Below, in pieces: positions 1 to 11,300 of a stretch of DNA of 64,000 bases (the stretch's first letter is position 1; each line of letters begins with the position of its first letter). A program made the translations under genes and the position numbers. Location: assembly GCA_034440395.1 (NCBI GenBank), contig JAWXBW010000009.1, positions 6,530 to 70,529 on the forward strand, read 5' to 3'. Under the pieces are notes generated by a model that was not told the DNA's origin, searched no databases, and saw nothing but the letters and a program-made list of their open reading frames with translations. The DNA is from Blastochloris sp. GTDB taxonomy: Bacteria; Verrucomicrobiota; Verrucomicrobiia; Methylacidiphilales; JAAUTS01.

Positions 1-1860
1 GTCGCTACTCTACTAAGTGTCACCACACTTTATTGGGGTGGGATTATTCATCAGACAACCGTTTGGATTTATCCGCTAGGTGGTCTTTTATGGTTTTGTC
101 TAGCTGCAAAAGCTCTCCTCGCGCAAACGACTAAACAATGGCTTCCAAGCTGGATCGAACTGTCCGTTTTTCTTTTTCTGCTTTATGCGATCTGGGCTTT
201 TACCTATACCCCAGCTAAATACGCCGCCCGATTCGAATTACTCTGGATATTTACCTACGCTAGTGTATTTCTCTCCCTCCGCCTCGCCTTACATAATCGA
301 CGCTTAGCTGTGAGTCTCCTTAGCCTCATCCTTATTTTAGCCTCGATTTGTTGCGTTTTTGCCCTCATGAATAAAGGAATAGACCGGCATTTAATCTGGG
401 GACAAATGCGTCCTGATTACGGGCCACGAATTTCTGGAACCTTTGGTTGCCCTAATCATTTTGCCAACTTAATGGTTATGGCATGTTGCGTCGCCACCGC
501 CATTTTTCTTTATCCTAAAACTCCTTGGGCTCTACGCATTACGGTTCTTTATTTAGTTGCCATGTTCAGTGTAGGAATTTTTTACTCCGTCTCACGCGGC
601 GGCTACATCGCATGGTTGGCAGGCCTCGCCACCATCTGCGCTTTTGTTGTTTTTCAACGTGCTATCAGTTGGAAACTGCGGGCTAGCATGTTGGTTGCCA
701 CTCTTGCCGTAGGAGGCGTCTTTAGTTATCTCGTACTGAATGACAGCTTTGCCATGTCACGCCTAGATGCCATGTGGAAAGGTGATATTCGACAAGAACT
801 CGCTAAAGATGCTATCAAGATATGGGAAACGAGCCCCCTCGTAGGCACTGGCATGGCTACATTTGATTTTATTCATCAACGTATGCATGGCAATAATATG
901 GGCAGTCGCGCCGTCCATACTCATAACGACTATTTAAATCTCTTGGCAGATTATGGCCTGATCGGTGTTGCCCTTGTCAGCTTCTTTTTTCTATGCGTTC
1001 TTCCTTTTTTGCTAAAACGCTACATCAATTCAGAGCGTGAGTTTGATTTACTCGTCACCCGCTCAGCCCTCTGGGTCATCATTGTCATGGGTGTTCACAG
1101 TGTGGTAGATTTCAACTTTCATATCCCAGCCTGTGCCCTGACTTTTTTCACCATTCTAGCCATTGGCTGCTCACGCTCTTATCGCCAAACCTCTCCCTCT
1201 CGTCACAGCTTACTTCCGAACCTGACTCTCGCCCTATGCAGCCTCCTAGCCGGATCAGGCCTTATTTATATGAGCCTCCCACTACATGAATCCACTCTTC
1301 AGGAAAAGTGGAAAGACCAGAAGCTTCTCGCTTTGAGTGCGGAAGAGCTGATTGAAATCGGCGATGAAACGTGGCAGCGTGATCCCTACGCCACCCCAAC
1401 ATTTGAAATGATGGGCGACGGCCTGCGCATGAAAACCTACTACGCCGACCAAGCCTACCAAGAAGCCTTCAAAGATGGCGACACGGCTAAGGCAGATCAA
1501 CTTCTCCTAAAGCGAGAAGACCTAGGAAAAAACACGTTGAAAATGTATGCGCGGGCTGCCATCTCGAACCCGATTCATGATAATATATTGGTCAAACAAG
1601 GTCTCCTTTTAGACAGCCTAAACCGAACGCAAGAGGCCTACTTAGCTTACAGTAAGGCTGTAGAAAACCGGCCTAAAAATATGTTCTACCGCTACCATTT
1701 GGGCTTTCACTTTCTAAAAATAAAAGAGTATGAGCTGGCCAAAGAACAGTTTGAAATAGCCATGCGCACCCCTGCCCACTTAGGCCTAGACCGTAAACAA
1801 AAAGAAATCGCCCTAGAGTCATTGCGCATCCTTCGAGAAACAGGAAATCTCGCCCCATAA
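1..1860 (+). CDS. O-antigen ligase (Wzy_C/WaaL-like) membrane protein with C-terminal TPR-like region; 5' end outside window
   Basis: Frame open from base 1; GTFGCPNHFA, SVSRGG, HTHNDYLNLLADYG and HSVVDFNFHIPA motifs; helical C-terminus. Confidence 0.85.
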   Translation, partial: VATLLSVTTLYWGGIIHQTTVWIYPLGGLLWFCLAAKALLAQTTKQWLPSWIELSVFLFLLYAIWAFTYTPAKYAARFELLWIFTYASVFLSLRLALHNRRLAVSLLSLILILASICCVFALMNKGIDRHLIWGQMRPDYGPRISGTFGCPNHFANLMVMACCVATAIFLYPKTPWALRITVLYLVAMFSVGIFYSVSRGGYIAWLAGLATICAFVVFQRAISWKLRASMLVATLAVGGVFSYLVLNDSFAMSRLDAMWKGDIRQELAKDAIKIWETSPLVGTGMATFDFIHQRMHGNNMGSRAVHTHNDYLNLLADYGLIGVALVSFFFLCVLPFLLKRYINSEREFDLLVTRSALWVIIVMGVHSVVDFNFHIPACALTFFTILAIGCSRSYRQTSPSRHSLLPNLTLALCSLLAGSGLIYMSLPLHESTLQEKWKDQKLLALSAEELIEIGDETWQRDPYATPTFEMMGDGLRMKTYYADQAYQEAFKDGDTAKADQLLLKREDLGKNTLKMYARAAISNPIHDNILVKQGLLLDSLNRTQEAYLAYSKAVENRPKNMFYRYHLGFHFLKIKEYELAKEQFEIAMRTPAHLGLDRKQKEIALESLRILRETGNLAP

Positions 1861-1878
1861 TATTTTTGTAAAAGCTTA

Positions 1879-1906
1879 TTGCAACATTAGCAAAATTTAT
1901 TACTAT
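1879..1906 (+). promoter_or_regulatory. putative sigma70 promoter of tRNA-Arg/tRNA-Gly
   Basis: TTGCAA-16 nt-TACTAT, 12 nt upstream of the tRNA. Confidence 0.55.
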
Positions 1907-1918
1907 TTCACCTCCCAA

Positions 1919-1992
1919 GCACCCGTAGCTCAATTGGATAGAGCATCTGACTACGAATCAGAAGGTTTCAGGTTCAACTCCTGACGGGTGCA
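1919..1992 (+). tRNA. tRNA-Arg(ACG)
   Basis: Cloverleaf GCACCCG...CGGGTGCA; anticodon arm TCTGA-CTACGAA-TCAGA; GGTTCAA T-loop. Confidence 0.97.
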
Positions 1993-2020
1993 GGCTTCCT
2001 CTCAAGGAAACAATTTTTGC

Positions 2021-2091
2021 GCGGCGGTCGTTTAATGGTAGGACTCTAGCCTTCCAAGCTAGAAGCGAGGGTTCGATTCCCTCTCGCCGCA
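2021..2091 (+). tRNA. tRNA-Gly(TCC)
   Basis: GCGGCGG...TCGCCGCA; arm CTAGC-CTTCCAA-GCTAG; GGTTCGATTC. Confidence 0.96.
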
Positions 2092-2336
2092 AAATTTTAC
2101 CTAATTAAATCCGAGCTTTGCCATCTTGTGAGGCACGTCCTTTCTTGGCACTTTTGCCTCGCTCTTTGCCGAAGCTTCCTTCACACTTATTTTTTCAAGT
2201 TTGATACATTTCATTTTAAATTTGGAACCTAAAGTCCGAATTTATCACCCTTTTTTAAGAGCTGAAATTTATCCAATGATCTAACCGTAAAATAAAGTGC
2301 ATCCAAAATGACCAACGCACCGTTAACCTTACGTCT

Positions 2337-3296
2337 ATGAAACTACTTCTCGCATTCGTGCCTATCTTATTTGTTAACTCACTTCAGGCTCTACCCCCTG
2401 CTGCCTATGAACCCATCCCTGACACGCCCTTTTGGCTAGAAGCGGACGTGGCTCAACAATTTCCTGCAGAACCGATCATTCGTGAAACAGATTACCTCAA
2501 AAATGGCTCTATCTATTTTGTTAGCCCTAGCGATAAAACATAGTCCGAAGTTGCATGGATCGAAGCGACAGGCCAATGGCTGGAACCACGGAAAGCTCCC
2601 GCCCGCGCTACCGACGATAATATCGTCATCACATCTAAAGGTTCCGACCTCATAATCACCACACCTGATGGTAAAAGAATGGATACTGCGGCCATCGGCT
2701 CTGTCGTTCCTGTAGGCAGTAGTCTCCCATCTAAAGACACTTGGGCTGCCATCACCTTATGCAACATGAATACCCTCCACCTCATGCCTAATACCAAAGT
2801 TAAAGTCGGCATGAAAACTGAGACGGGCAAATTAAGTACTGCCATCAGCCTAGAGTCAGGAGGCGTTTTCTCTAAAGTCGGTAAACGTGCTGGCTTGACT
2901 CAAGATTATCGGGTGCAAACACCCCTAGGCATCGCTGCGGCACGAGGAACGGACTATGTCACTCTGGCACTTCCCACCCGCATGGAAGTCTGGATTGCCG
3001 AAGGCAAAGTCGATGTTCTGGATCTCAAAGGAACTAAAATCGGTGAGGTAGCCGCGTCTGATGATAAAGCCCTTAAAGTCTTACGAACCCCAGCCATCCT
3101 CGACCCTAAAGAAAATGCCGCCGCCAATGCCGCCATTATGACCGCCGCCTTTCGCTTTGCAGGACAGACAAATATCGCCAATCAAAGTATCCATACCAAA
3201 CAGCAACAAAAACAAGAGCTTACGCTTGAAGAGCAGGATCTCCTTAAAAACACCATTCCTGTCAAATACCTCGTTAAAGTTCGTAAAACTAATTAA
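2337..3296 (+). pseudogene. secreted FecR-domain protein interrupted by one in-frame TAG (2541-2543)
   Basis: ORFs 2337-2543 and 2679-3296 share a frame with no other stop; N-terminal signal peptide; FecR-like VQTPLGIAAARGTDY...IAEGKV. Confidence 0.7.
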
Positions 3297-3325
3297 TATC
3301 CACGTCCCAAGATTTAGAAATTTCC

Positions 3326-3652
3326 ATGCTGACCAAACTACAAGAAGAAAAAGCCTCGCTCTGCGCACTCGACCTGCTTGATGCGTCAGAGATGGCAAAC
3401 TTCCAACAGGAGTTACAACAGAACCCAAGCTTGCAGAGTTTAGTCCATAATGAAAAGGAGCAACTCGTTAAACAAGCCCGCAAGATATTACCTTTTGACC
3501 AGAAAAAAGTGATTGAACTAGCCTTCTTTTCTGGACTTAAACAGACGGAGATAGCCGTTCACTTAAAAGAACCGCTGGGCACTATCAAAGCGCGCATCCG
3601 CTGTGGTATGTTACGACTGCGTGAACCCCTAACTCAGTTACGAGAAGCCTAA
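3326..3652 (+). CDS. chimeric mini-protein: anti-sigma-like N-terminus fused to ECF sigma region 4 (possible pseudogene)
   Basis: LPFDQKKVIELAFFSGLKQTEIAVHLKEPLGTIKARIR is SigK-like sigma4; region 2 absent; N-terminus EEKASLCALDLLDASEMANFQQEL resembles RskA/ChrR N-termini. Confidence 0.65.
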   Translation: MLTKLQEEKASLCALDLLDASEMANFQQELQQNPSLQSLVHNEKEQLVKQARKILPFDQKKVIELAFFSGLKQTEIAVHLKEPLGTIKARIRCGMLRLREPLTQLREA

Positions 3653-3717
3653 CTTACGTGCCGAAAGAGTTTGTTGCCAATTGATGCCTTATCAGGCACT
3701 TTAAGATTTAACTTATT

Positions 3718-4428
3718 ATGGCTGCAATTCTTGTTCTTGAAGACAGTCAGGTCTTACTTACCAAACTCACTAATGAGTTGAAGCAACGCTTTACTGACTT
3801 ACAAATTCTTCCTGCACGCTCTGTGGCAGAGGCCCAACTTTTACTTAATGAGTTCGAGATCGATATCTTCATTCTAGATATTTTCCTCCCAGACGGAAGT
3901 GGGATAGATTTTCTCTGCGATGTTAAAACGATCAATCCTGAATCCCACGCTATCATCATGACTGCGCAGAATGTTCCCGACCTTAAAACCCAAGCCGAAG
4001 ATATCGGCGTGGTGCGTTTTTTCCAAAAGCCTATCGACACACAGTCTCTTTTTAAAGTTATCCAAAAAATTCTAACACCTGACCCCGTTAAAACTGATGA
4101 ACATTCCCCTCAAAGTTTTGTCGCTTCACTCGGAGGATTATCCACGGTGGATATCATTCAACTTAAATGCCTCTCACGCTCGACTCAGGTTTTGAAATTT
4201 ACGCGCAGTGACGGTAAGAGTGCCAAAATCTATTTTCAACGTGGTGAAATCGTCCATGCTGAAACGGATACTGATCGCGGCTTAGATGCCTTTAACGACG
4301 TGGTGAGTTGGAAAGGCGGCAGGGTTGAAGAATCAGCTGAGCCCATCGCAGAACAAACGATTAAAAAAGGATGGGAAAGCTTATTGATGGATGCGGTGCG
4401 AATGATTGACGAAGCCGTAGCCCACTAA
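3718..4428 (+). CDS. response regulator, REC + DUF4388/PATAN-like domain
   Basis: ILVLED, LDIFLPDGSG, FQKP; C-terminal KIYFQRGEIVHA...LLMDAVRMIDE. Confidence 0.85.
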   Translation: MAAILVLEDSQVLLTKLTNELKQRFTDLQILPARSVAEAQLLLNEFEIDIFILDIFLPDGSGIDFLCDVKTINPESHAIIMTAQNVPDLKTQAEDIGVVRFFQKPIDTQSLFKVIQKILTPDPVKTDEHSPQSFVASLGGLSTVDIIQLKCLSRSTQVLKFTRSDGKSAKIYFQRGEIVHAETDTDRGLDAFNDVVSWKGGRVEESAEPIAEQTIKKGWESLLMDAVRMIDEAVAH

Positions 4429-4459
4429 GTAGCTAAAGACATTTATTATATAAAATTTT

Positions 4460-5695
4460 ATGAGTTACACTATTCTTGCTATTGATGATAGTCCAACGCT
4501 CCGAAAATTTATTACGAAACACCTCGTAGCCTATTCGGCACAGTACGAAGTGCTCACCGCTGCCGATGGAACGGAAGGTATAGCCTTAGCTAGTGAACGT
4601 GAGCCGGATCTCATTTTATTAGATTTTAATTTCCCAGACATGAATGGTGAAGACGTCTGCATTATACTTAAAGAAAATCCCGTTACGGCAGACATTCCCA
4701 TTATTTTGATGAGTAGTAGCACTCCTGACATTACACGGACGGAAGGTAAGTTTAGTAGTATCAAACGATCCCTAATCAAGCCCTTTTCTCCACAGCTCCT
4801 CAGTGCGGCTGTCAGTTTTGTTTTACAAAGTGATGATGGCAAATCTACGAAGAGTACGACAAAAAATCTGACGCCTGCCCAAGTCAAACAGATCCTCCAA
4901 CCTGAAAGCTTACCGACGATGATGATTCCTAAAAAAATAAAGGGATCTGTTACGGCACCGATCGAGTTAGCCTTTAAAGCAAATACTTCCTACTTTCCTT
5001 TAATCCTAGCTTTACGAGGAATAGCCACTAAAAAGCACAGTGGCGTCTTGCGTTTCCAGCACCCGAACGTTTTGATGGAGATTTACTTCAAATCTGGGCT
5101 ATTTGTAGTGGCAACTTCGCGGAACCCCACTGCCTATTTTAAAGACGCACCTGTCTCTGTTTCTGAAGAAGAAAAGCCTTTATTGGAAGAACTGAAACTG
5201 AAGCAGTCAGAAACAGGCCACCCTGTCTTCATGCAAATGGAAGAACGCGGAATTTTATTCCCAGAAAATGCGGCACAGATGACCTATCAATATGGCGTTT
5301 TTATGTTTGCTCTAGCTTGGACTGCACAAGATAGTGATTTTGAATTTGAGAAACTCAATGAATTGCCTCATTTTTTACATAAATCGGAACCTCTCTTTAA
5401 TTCCGCCGACTCCTTCGCCCTAGAAAGCCTACGTCTAGTTGGTGCTGAATGCCTAGCGACCTTTGACACAAATTCAGCCACTGGCACACCCGCCTACACC
5501 AGTTCAGGCTATAAGCGTATTCAAAATATTTCACTTAATGAGGAAGAAATCTCTTTCGCTAATCAGGTGATTCTAGGTGGCCAATCCCTCAATACCATTG
5601 CCACGGCTAGTGGCATGGACATTGGAATGGCTCATCGCATTCTTTTCCGTTTCTTGAACCTAGAAATTTTCGACTACTGGCCAGCAGCAGAATAA
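4460..5695 (+). CDS. response regulator, REC + DUF4388/PATAN-like domain (PatA-like)
   Basis: AIDDS, LDFNFPDMNG, IKPF; HSGVLRF...EIYFKSG. Confidence 0.8.
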   Translation: MSYTILAIDDSPTLRKFITKHLVAYSAQYEVLTAADGTEGIALASEREPDLILLDFNFPDMNGEDVCIILKENPVTADIPIILMSSSTPDITRTEGKFSSIKRSLIKPFSPQLLSAAVSFVLQSDDGKSTKSTTKNLTPAQVKQILQPESLPTMMIPKKIKGSVTAPIELAFKANTSYFPLILALRGIATKKHSGVLRFQHPNVLMEIYFKSGLFVVATSRNPTAYFKDAPVSVSEEEKPLLEELKLKQSETGHPVFMQMEERGILFPENAAQMTYQYGVFMFALAWTAQDSDFEFEKLNELPHFLHKSEPLFNSADSFALESLRLVGAECLATFDTNSATGTPAYTSSGYKRIQNISLNEEEISFANQVILGGQSLNTIATASGMDIGMAHRILFRFLNLEIFDYWPAAE

Positions 5696-5718
5696 AGACA
5701 AGGTGAACTGTTTTATCT

Positions 5719-6165
5719 ATGGAACTTTGCCTCTTCAGAATTGACCACCAAGAGTACGCCTTGCCTATGTCCAATGTGCGGGAAGTCTTAAATCGCCCTC
5801 GGGTCTCGCCTGTTCCCTTGAGCCCAGATATTTTATCAGGTATTACACATTTTCGTGGCCAGATCGTCCCCGTATTCGCCATTGATCACCTCTTTGAGAA
5901 CTTTAACTCAAGCCCTACTCTGGAAGAGAGAAGCCGAATCTTAATTCTCACACAAGAGCATCAGACCCTAGGAATCCAAGTCGATCAGGTGGATGAAATA
6001 AGCCTCCCTGATGAACTCGGAACTTTCTTCACCGATAACCCGCCTTTTTTGCTCGGAATGGCCTTAACCCATGCTGGACGCTCTTTCAAGCCCACATCCC
6101 TGCCCCGTCTGGTTCAATCCCTAAGCCATACTCTGTCTAACGTCACCCTCAATCTGCTCGACTAA
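5719..6165 (+). CDS. cheW: CheW coupling protein
   Basis: YALPMSNVREV, VPLSPDILSGITHFRGQIVPV, LGIQVDQV. Confidence 0.9.
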   Translation: MELCLFRIDHQEYALPMSNVREVLNRPRVSPVPLSPDILSGITHFRGQIVPVFAIDHLFENFNSSPTLEERSRILILTQEHQTLGIQVDQVDEISLPDELGTFFTDNPPFLLGMALTHAGRSFKPTSLPRLVQSLSHTLSNVTLNLLD

Positions 6166-6183
6166 CCTAAACTCACCACACCT

Positions 6184-8364
6184 ATGTCAACCACAGCTCC
6201 CCTTAATAGACTTAGCCTGACCTTAAAAATAGCTTTAGCCTCTATTTTAGTTGGGATCATAGCCACCTTCACTACGGTAATTATTGCTTACTTTCTGTTC
6301 AATGACGTTCAGCAAAAAAACGCCCAGAATCATTTAAGCTCACTTCGCAACATTCTAGAAAATAAATTGGAAAGACAGATTGAATTTTTAAAACTGGATT
6401 CTCAATCCCTCGCTCAGTCTCCCGGCATAAAACAGCTTTTATACATTAAATCTCTAGAAACTATCGATTCCACTATAGAGGCTTCTTTTGATACCTGCCA
6501 CCAGAGCTTATCCGAACACGTCAAACAAGCACATTACCACGATATTTATCTTTGCGATCCAAACGGTAAGATTCTCTACACTACACTTGAACCAAAGTCG
6601 GTTCAGCTCGAATCCACTCTACTAAAAGTCTTATGTAAAGAAACCAGCAAGTCCCGACAAACCGTTGTCCAAAGTTCAGATCGTGGTGTAGAACGCTCTA
6701 GCAATTACTTAAACGAACCCGTCCTGCTTGCCGCCTCCGCTTTAATTTCTGGAGGCCAAGTAGTCGCCATTCTTATTATTGAAAGTCCCCTCTCTATTTT
6801 AAATGCTACCCTATCCATTTCCGATCCCGCTGACCGGGGCAACATTAGTGCAAGCACGGAAGCTTACCTAGTCGACGCCTCTTTGTCTCCACGCACCATT
6901 TTAAAAAAATCAGGTTTAACTAAAGTGGACACCGTGGCGGCGCGAAACGCTTTAGCTGGAAATTCAGATGTTTCTATTTACAAAAATTATGCTGGCACGA
7001 CTGTTTTAGGTGCCTACGCACGCCTTCAGATTGATGGGCTACCCTGGGCTCTCATCGTCGAGCAAAGCACTCAGGAAGCTCTCCAGCCTATTCATCACGC
7101 CACTTGGATTTTGGGGGGGCTAGGCCTCATCCTCATTATTTTAATTAGCTTCTTAGGTTTCATCTTTGCTAAGACCTTCGCTCAACCGCTAGTGACTTTA
7201 AAAGAAACCATTCTTAAAGTCGCCTCTGGTGATGAATCTGCTCGCGCCAACGTCACCAGCGAAGATGAAGTGGGTCAACTAGCTCATGCCGTTAATGAAA
7301 TGATCGTCGAGCGTAACGCCGTAAAGGACCGTATTTCAACTGAAAATAAACGAGTTCAAACCAACATTCAGGATATTCTCCTTGTCGTAGCTGACGCTTC
7401 TGAAGGCCGACTCTGCGTCCGCGCAAAACGCACCGAAGGTATTTTAGGTAACGTAGCCGATGCCCTTAATCGGATGTTAGAAAACGTCAGTGCCCTCATG
7501 GGTCAAGCCAAAAACGCCAGTGCTCAAGTCCAAGAATCTTCCAGTGAAATTTCCGCCTCAGCGCAAAACTTAGCAGATGGAGCCAACAGCCAAACTCAAC
7601 AAATTGCCCAAACCATCCTTGAGGTACAAAACCTCGCCGCTGAAGCGCAAGGCGTTTCTGAAAATTCTCAAGAAGCCGCCAAGGCCGCTAGCCAAACACG
7701 TCAAGCCGCAGAAGAAGGTGCTAAAGCGGTGCGTGATGTCGTGGCCTACATGGAACGTCTCCAAGAAAGTGTGCAAGCCAATGCACGCAAAATCACTCAA
7801 CTCGGTGAACGGTCTCAGGAAATTTCAGGTATCGTGCGCTCCATAGGTGATATCTCTGCCGAGACGGATGTGTTAGCGATGAATGCTTCGATTGAAGCCG
7901 CACGCGCTGGGGAACAAGGTAAGGGCTTTACCGTCGTAGCAGATCAAGTCCGCGCCTTAGCTAACCGGACAAGGCAAGCCACCATTGAGATCGAAAAACT
8001 TGTCATGGGTATCCAGTCCGAAACTTCCGAAGCGGTCAAACAAATGGAACGAGCAAACGTTGAGGTAGAAAACGGCACACGACAAGTTTCTAGTGCAGGA
8101 GACTCCTTAAGTAAAATCGTGGAGGCCAGTGTGGACTCCTCGACCTTAGCGAATCAAATCAGTCAATCTGCCACCCAACAAGAACAACGCGCTCAAGCCA
8201 TGCTTCAAGCAATCGTGGCTATTAACCAGATCGCCGAAGACACTCGTAATCGAACCCTTGATTTTCGTGAAACCAGCGATCTACTAGCTAGTCTTGCTAC
8301 AGAATTAAATAAACAGTTAGCCAATTTTGAAATTGGAACCGACGGCAGCAGCGACAAGAACTAG
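6184..8364 (+). CDS. methyl-accepting chemotaxis protein (2 TM, Cache-like sensor, HAMP; PilJ-like)
   Basis: DEVGQLAHAVNEM HAMP; LAMNASIEAARAGEQGKGFTVVADQVRALA signalling tip. Confidence 0.93.
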   Translation: MSTTAPLNRLSLTLKIALASILVGIIATFTTVIIAYFLFNDVQQKNAQNHLSSLRNILENKLERQIEFLKLDSQSLAQSPGIKQLLYIKSLETIDSTIEASFDTCHQSLSEHVKQAHYHDIYLCDPNGKILYTTLEPKSVQLESTLLKVLCKETSKSRQTVVQSSDRGVERSSNYLNEPVLLAASALISGGQVVAILIIESPLSILNATLSISDPADRGNISASTEAYLVDASLSPRTILKKSGLTKVDTVAARNALAGNSDVSIYKNYAGTTVLGAYARLQIDGLPWALIVEQSTQEALQPIHHATWILGGLGLILIILISFLGFIFAKTFAQPLVTLKETILKVASGDESARANVTSEDEVGQLAHAVNEMIVERNAVKDRISTENKRVQTNIQDILLVVADASEGRLCVRAKRTEGILGNVADALNRMLENVSALMGQAKNASAQVQESSSEISASAQNLADGANSQTQQIAQTILEVQNLAAEAQGVSENSQEAAKAASQTRQAAEEGAKAVRDVVAYMERLQESVQANARKITQLGERSQEISGIVRSIGDISAETDVLAMNASIEAARAGEQGKGFTVVADQVRALANRTRQATIEIEKLVMGIQSETSEAVKQMERANVEVENGTRQVSSAGDSLSKIVEASVDSSTLANQISQSATQQEQRAQAMLQAIVAINQIAEDTRNRTLDFRETSDLLASLATELNKQLANFEIGTDGSSDKN

Positions 8365-8379
8365 TCCGAAACTGAGCAC

Positions 8380-11300
8380 ATGGCCGCAAAACCACCAATC
8401 AATCCAAACAACCAACCACACTCAGTGGCTCATGCCCCTAAGTCTAAAGGTTCTTTGATTTTAAAATCAAAAGTTGGGAACACACCCTTTCTTCCTCCCA
8501 CACCTCCGCCCATCCTTAAAAAACCAGCTTTGGCCTTATCTCAAGAAACGTCCCTTTCCCCTTCTAGCGGGACTACTGATTATTTAGCACTTTTTAAAGA
8601 AGAGGTTCATTCCTATTTACTGAAAATGGAGAACTCTTTAATTGAACTCCAGCATGACCTCATCATAGAAAAGCCTTGGGCCAACCTGAGAGCACACTTT
8701 CACACGATCAAAGGTTCTGCCGCCACGCTGGATTTACCTGAAACTTCCATACTAGCAGATCGTGGGGAAGGTTTGGCTTTAAGTGCTTTAGAACTTCCTG
8801 ATGAAAAGACGGAGAAATCTTGGAATGTCATGCTAGGATTAATTAAGGAAATTGCTCACAGCTTAGATATCCCCGCAACCTCTTTACCCAACTCCCCTTG
8901 TAGTATCAATGCAACGTTACCCATACTCTCTCATCAACTTAGTCTTATATTTACTATCCTTGATGATTGGCAAACCAAGCCAGAGCTTCCATCCTATCAA
9001 GTTGAATTCAAGCAAGGACTCGACAAGGTAGCTTACACCTTACAAGAGATGAAGCTGTCCGAAGTGGCTCTAAATTTTCAACGCTTCAGCACATTCGTCG
9101 AATCATTGCAGCCTGGCCAATTCATCCCACCTTTTTTTATCGTCGCTAAACGTTGTTTGCAGGACTTAGAAATTTATTTAAAAGAAAAAGAAATTAATTC
9201 TAGTCTAAGCTGGACGCGGAAGTGGAGTTTTTATTTTTCTTCACTAAGCGTTGCCCTAGCCGCAGATGGCCGACGCCCTCGCACTCATTTGAGTCACGCC
9301 TCACAACCTTTGGAAAATAGTGACCCAGAAATGACCGAAGTATTTGCACAGGAGGCCAGCACACACTTTGAGCAGATCGAGGCGGCATTACTGGCATGGG
9401 AAAACGGTCAAACCACTGCCGAACAGATTACACATGTAAGCCGTGGTTTTCACACACTTAAAGGCGCCGCTAACAGTGTGGACTTACGAGGCTTAGGCCA
9501 TGGATTTCATTTGCTAGAGGATTATCTTGGCACCTTAAATCCAGAGCAGCCACCGAGCAAACTTTTCCCCTTTCTTTTAAATTGTGTCGATCAAGCTAAG
9601 AATTACATCAAAGACCTTTCTATCAATCCATCTCAGCCTTGGCCTCATGACTGGAAGCACGCTCTTTCACAATTTAGGCAGGAACTACATTCTAACCCAA
9701 CTGTGCAAGTTCCGGTTGATTTGGATATGCTCAGCACTTTCATTGAGGAAGCCGTCGTGATTTTTGAGCAGGTGGAGACGGCTATCTTAGCTTGGGAAAA
9801 GTTAGACCAGGAAGAAGTTCAGTGCAGCAACCTACGCCGTTATTTCCACACGCTCAAAGGTGCTGCTAACAGTATTGAACTCCATACCCTAGGAAACTCC
9901 TTTCATATTTTGGAGGACTTCATGGAATCAGTTCAAGCCAAAGAGCCGCCAGTTGGCCTTTTTGAATTCCTCCTCAAATGCTCAGATCAAGTTCGTCACT
10001 ATATTGAAACGCTCTCTCTCAAGCCAGAAACCATTTGGCCCTACCATTGGGAGTATGAGCTAGGCGATCTGAGAAAGGGGAAAATCCAAGGAGCTTCTTT
10101 AGCAGCTTTACGCACGAACATTCAGACTAAAGATGAGAAAAGTGGCATTGAGGAAAGGCAAGTCGTCCGAGTTGAGGCGGGTAAGCTGCGACAAGTCATG
10201 CACCTCACGAGCGAGATAATCGCAGACCATGGCACCTTTGAGGGTCATCTAAATAAACTTCCCTCTATCCTCTCTCAATGGGAAAGTAGTGGGGCTGATA
10301 TCTTTAAAATTCTCCAACAACTCGAACTTGATACCACTCTTCAGCAAGCCAAATCTAAAAGTAAATCTGAAAATAAATCTTTAGGACTCCTGTTAACTTC
10401 CTTGACCGATATCAGCCTGAAACTCAAGGCTCAGTCTCATCTCAGGCAAGAGTTTAAGCCTCTCTTTGAATTTTTAAAGGAAGATCATGTCTTGTTCCGC
10501 AGAAACTCACGGCGCCTGCAAAACGATTTAGCTGCGCTCAACATGGCTCCGGTCTCTGGCCTCTTTCGCCGCCTCCAACGAGTCTTCCGCGACGCTCTTC
10601 AGGAAGAAAAGAAGGAAGCTATTCTTGTCTTAGAGGGTGAACAAACTTTACTCGACAAAGCCGTGGTAGATGCCCTCTACGGGCCTCTGCTGCATGTTGT
10701 GCGAAACGCCGTCGCCCACGGTCTCGAGTCCCCGCAACGGCGTGAAGAATTGCAAAAGACCCGAAGCGGCACCATCACTCTCACAGCTAAACCTTTATCG
10801 AACCAAGTTATATTCGAGGTTAAAGACGATGGCGGAGGCATCCACGAGTCCATGGTGCGCCAACGTGCAATCGAACGTGGAATGATTCCGGATTCTGCGC
10901 CCACCTTAACGGCGGAACAAATTGTTGAACTTTTATTCCGTCCCGGCTTCAGCACGAAGGAGTCTGTCAGTAGCGTGGCAGGACGCGGCGTGGGACTCGA
11001 TGTCGTTAAGGCAGAGGTTGAATCCATGAACGGAAGCGTTACTTTGGATTATACAGTCGGCCAAGGCTCCACGTGGACAATTAAAGTGCCTCTCACTTTA
11101 TCCGCCTCTGAAGCACTCGTCGTCATGGTTGGCGACATGCGATTAGCACTCCCCCTTAGCTACGTGCAACGCTGCGTACGTATCCTCCCCAGCACGCAAC
11201 TTCATCGCCATGGGCTTCTCTGGCATCAGGACGAACATGGCACCCTACCTTGCCTTGATCTAGCTCGCATTTTTGAAATTCAACGTAGCTCGCTCCCTAG

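Noticed and set aside
2130-2160. Possible sigma54 promoter (TGGCAC..TTGC)
   Set aside because: GG-to-GC spacing does not fit -24/-12
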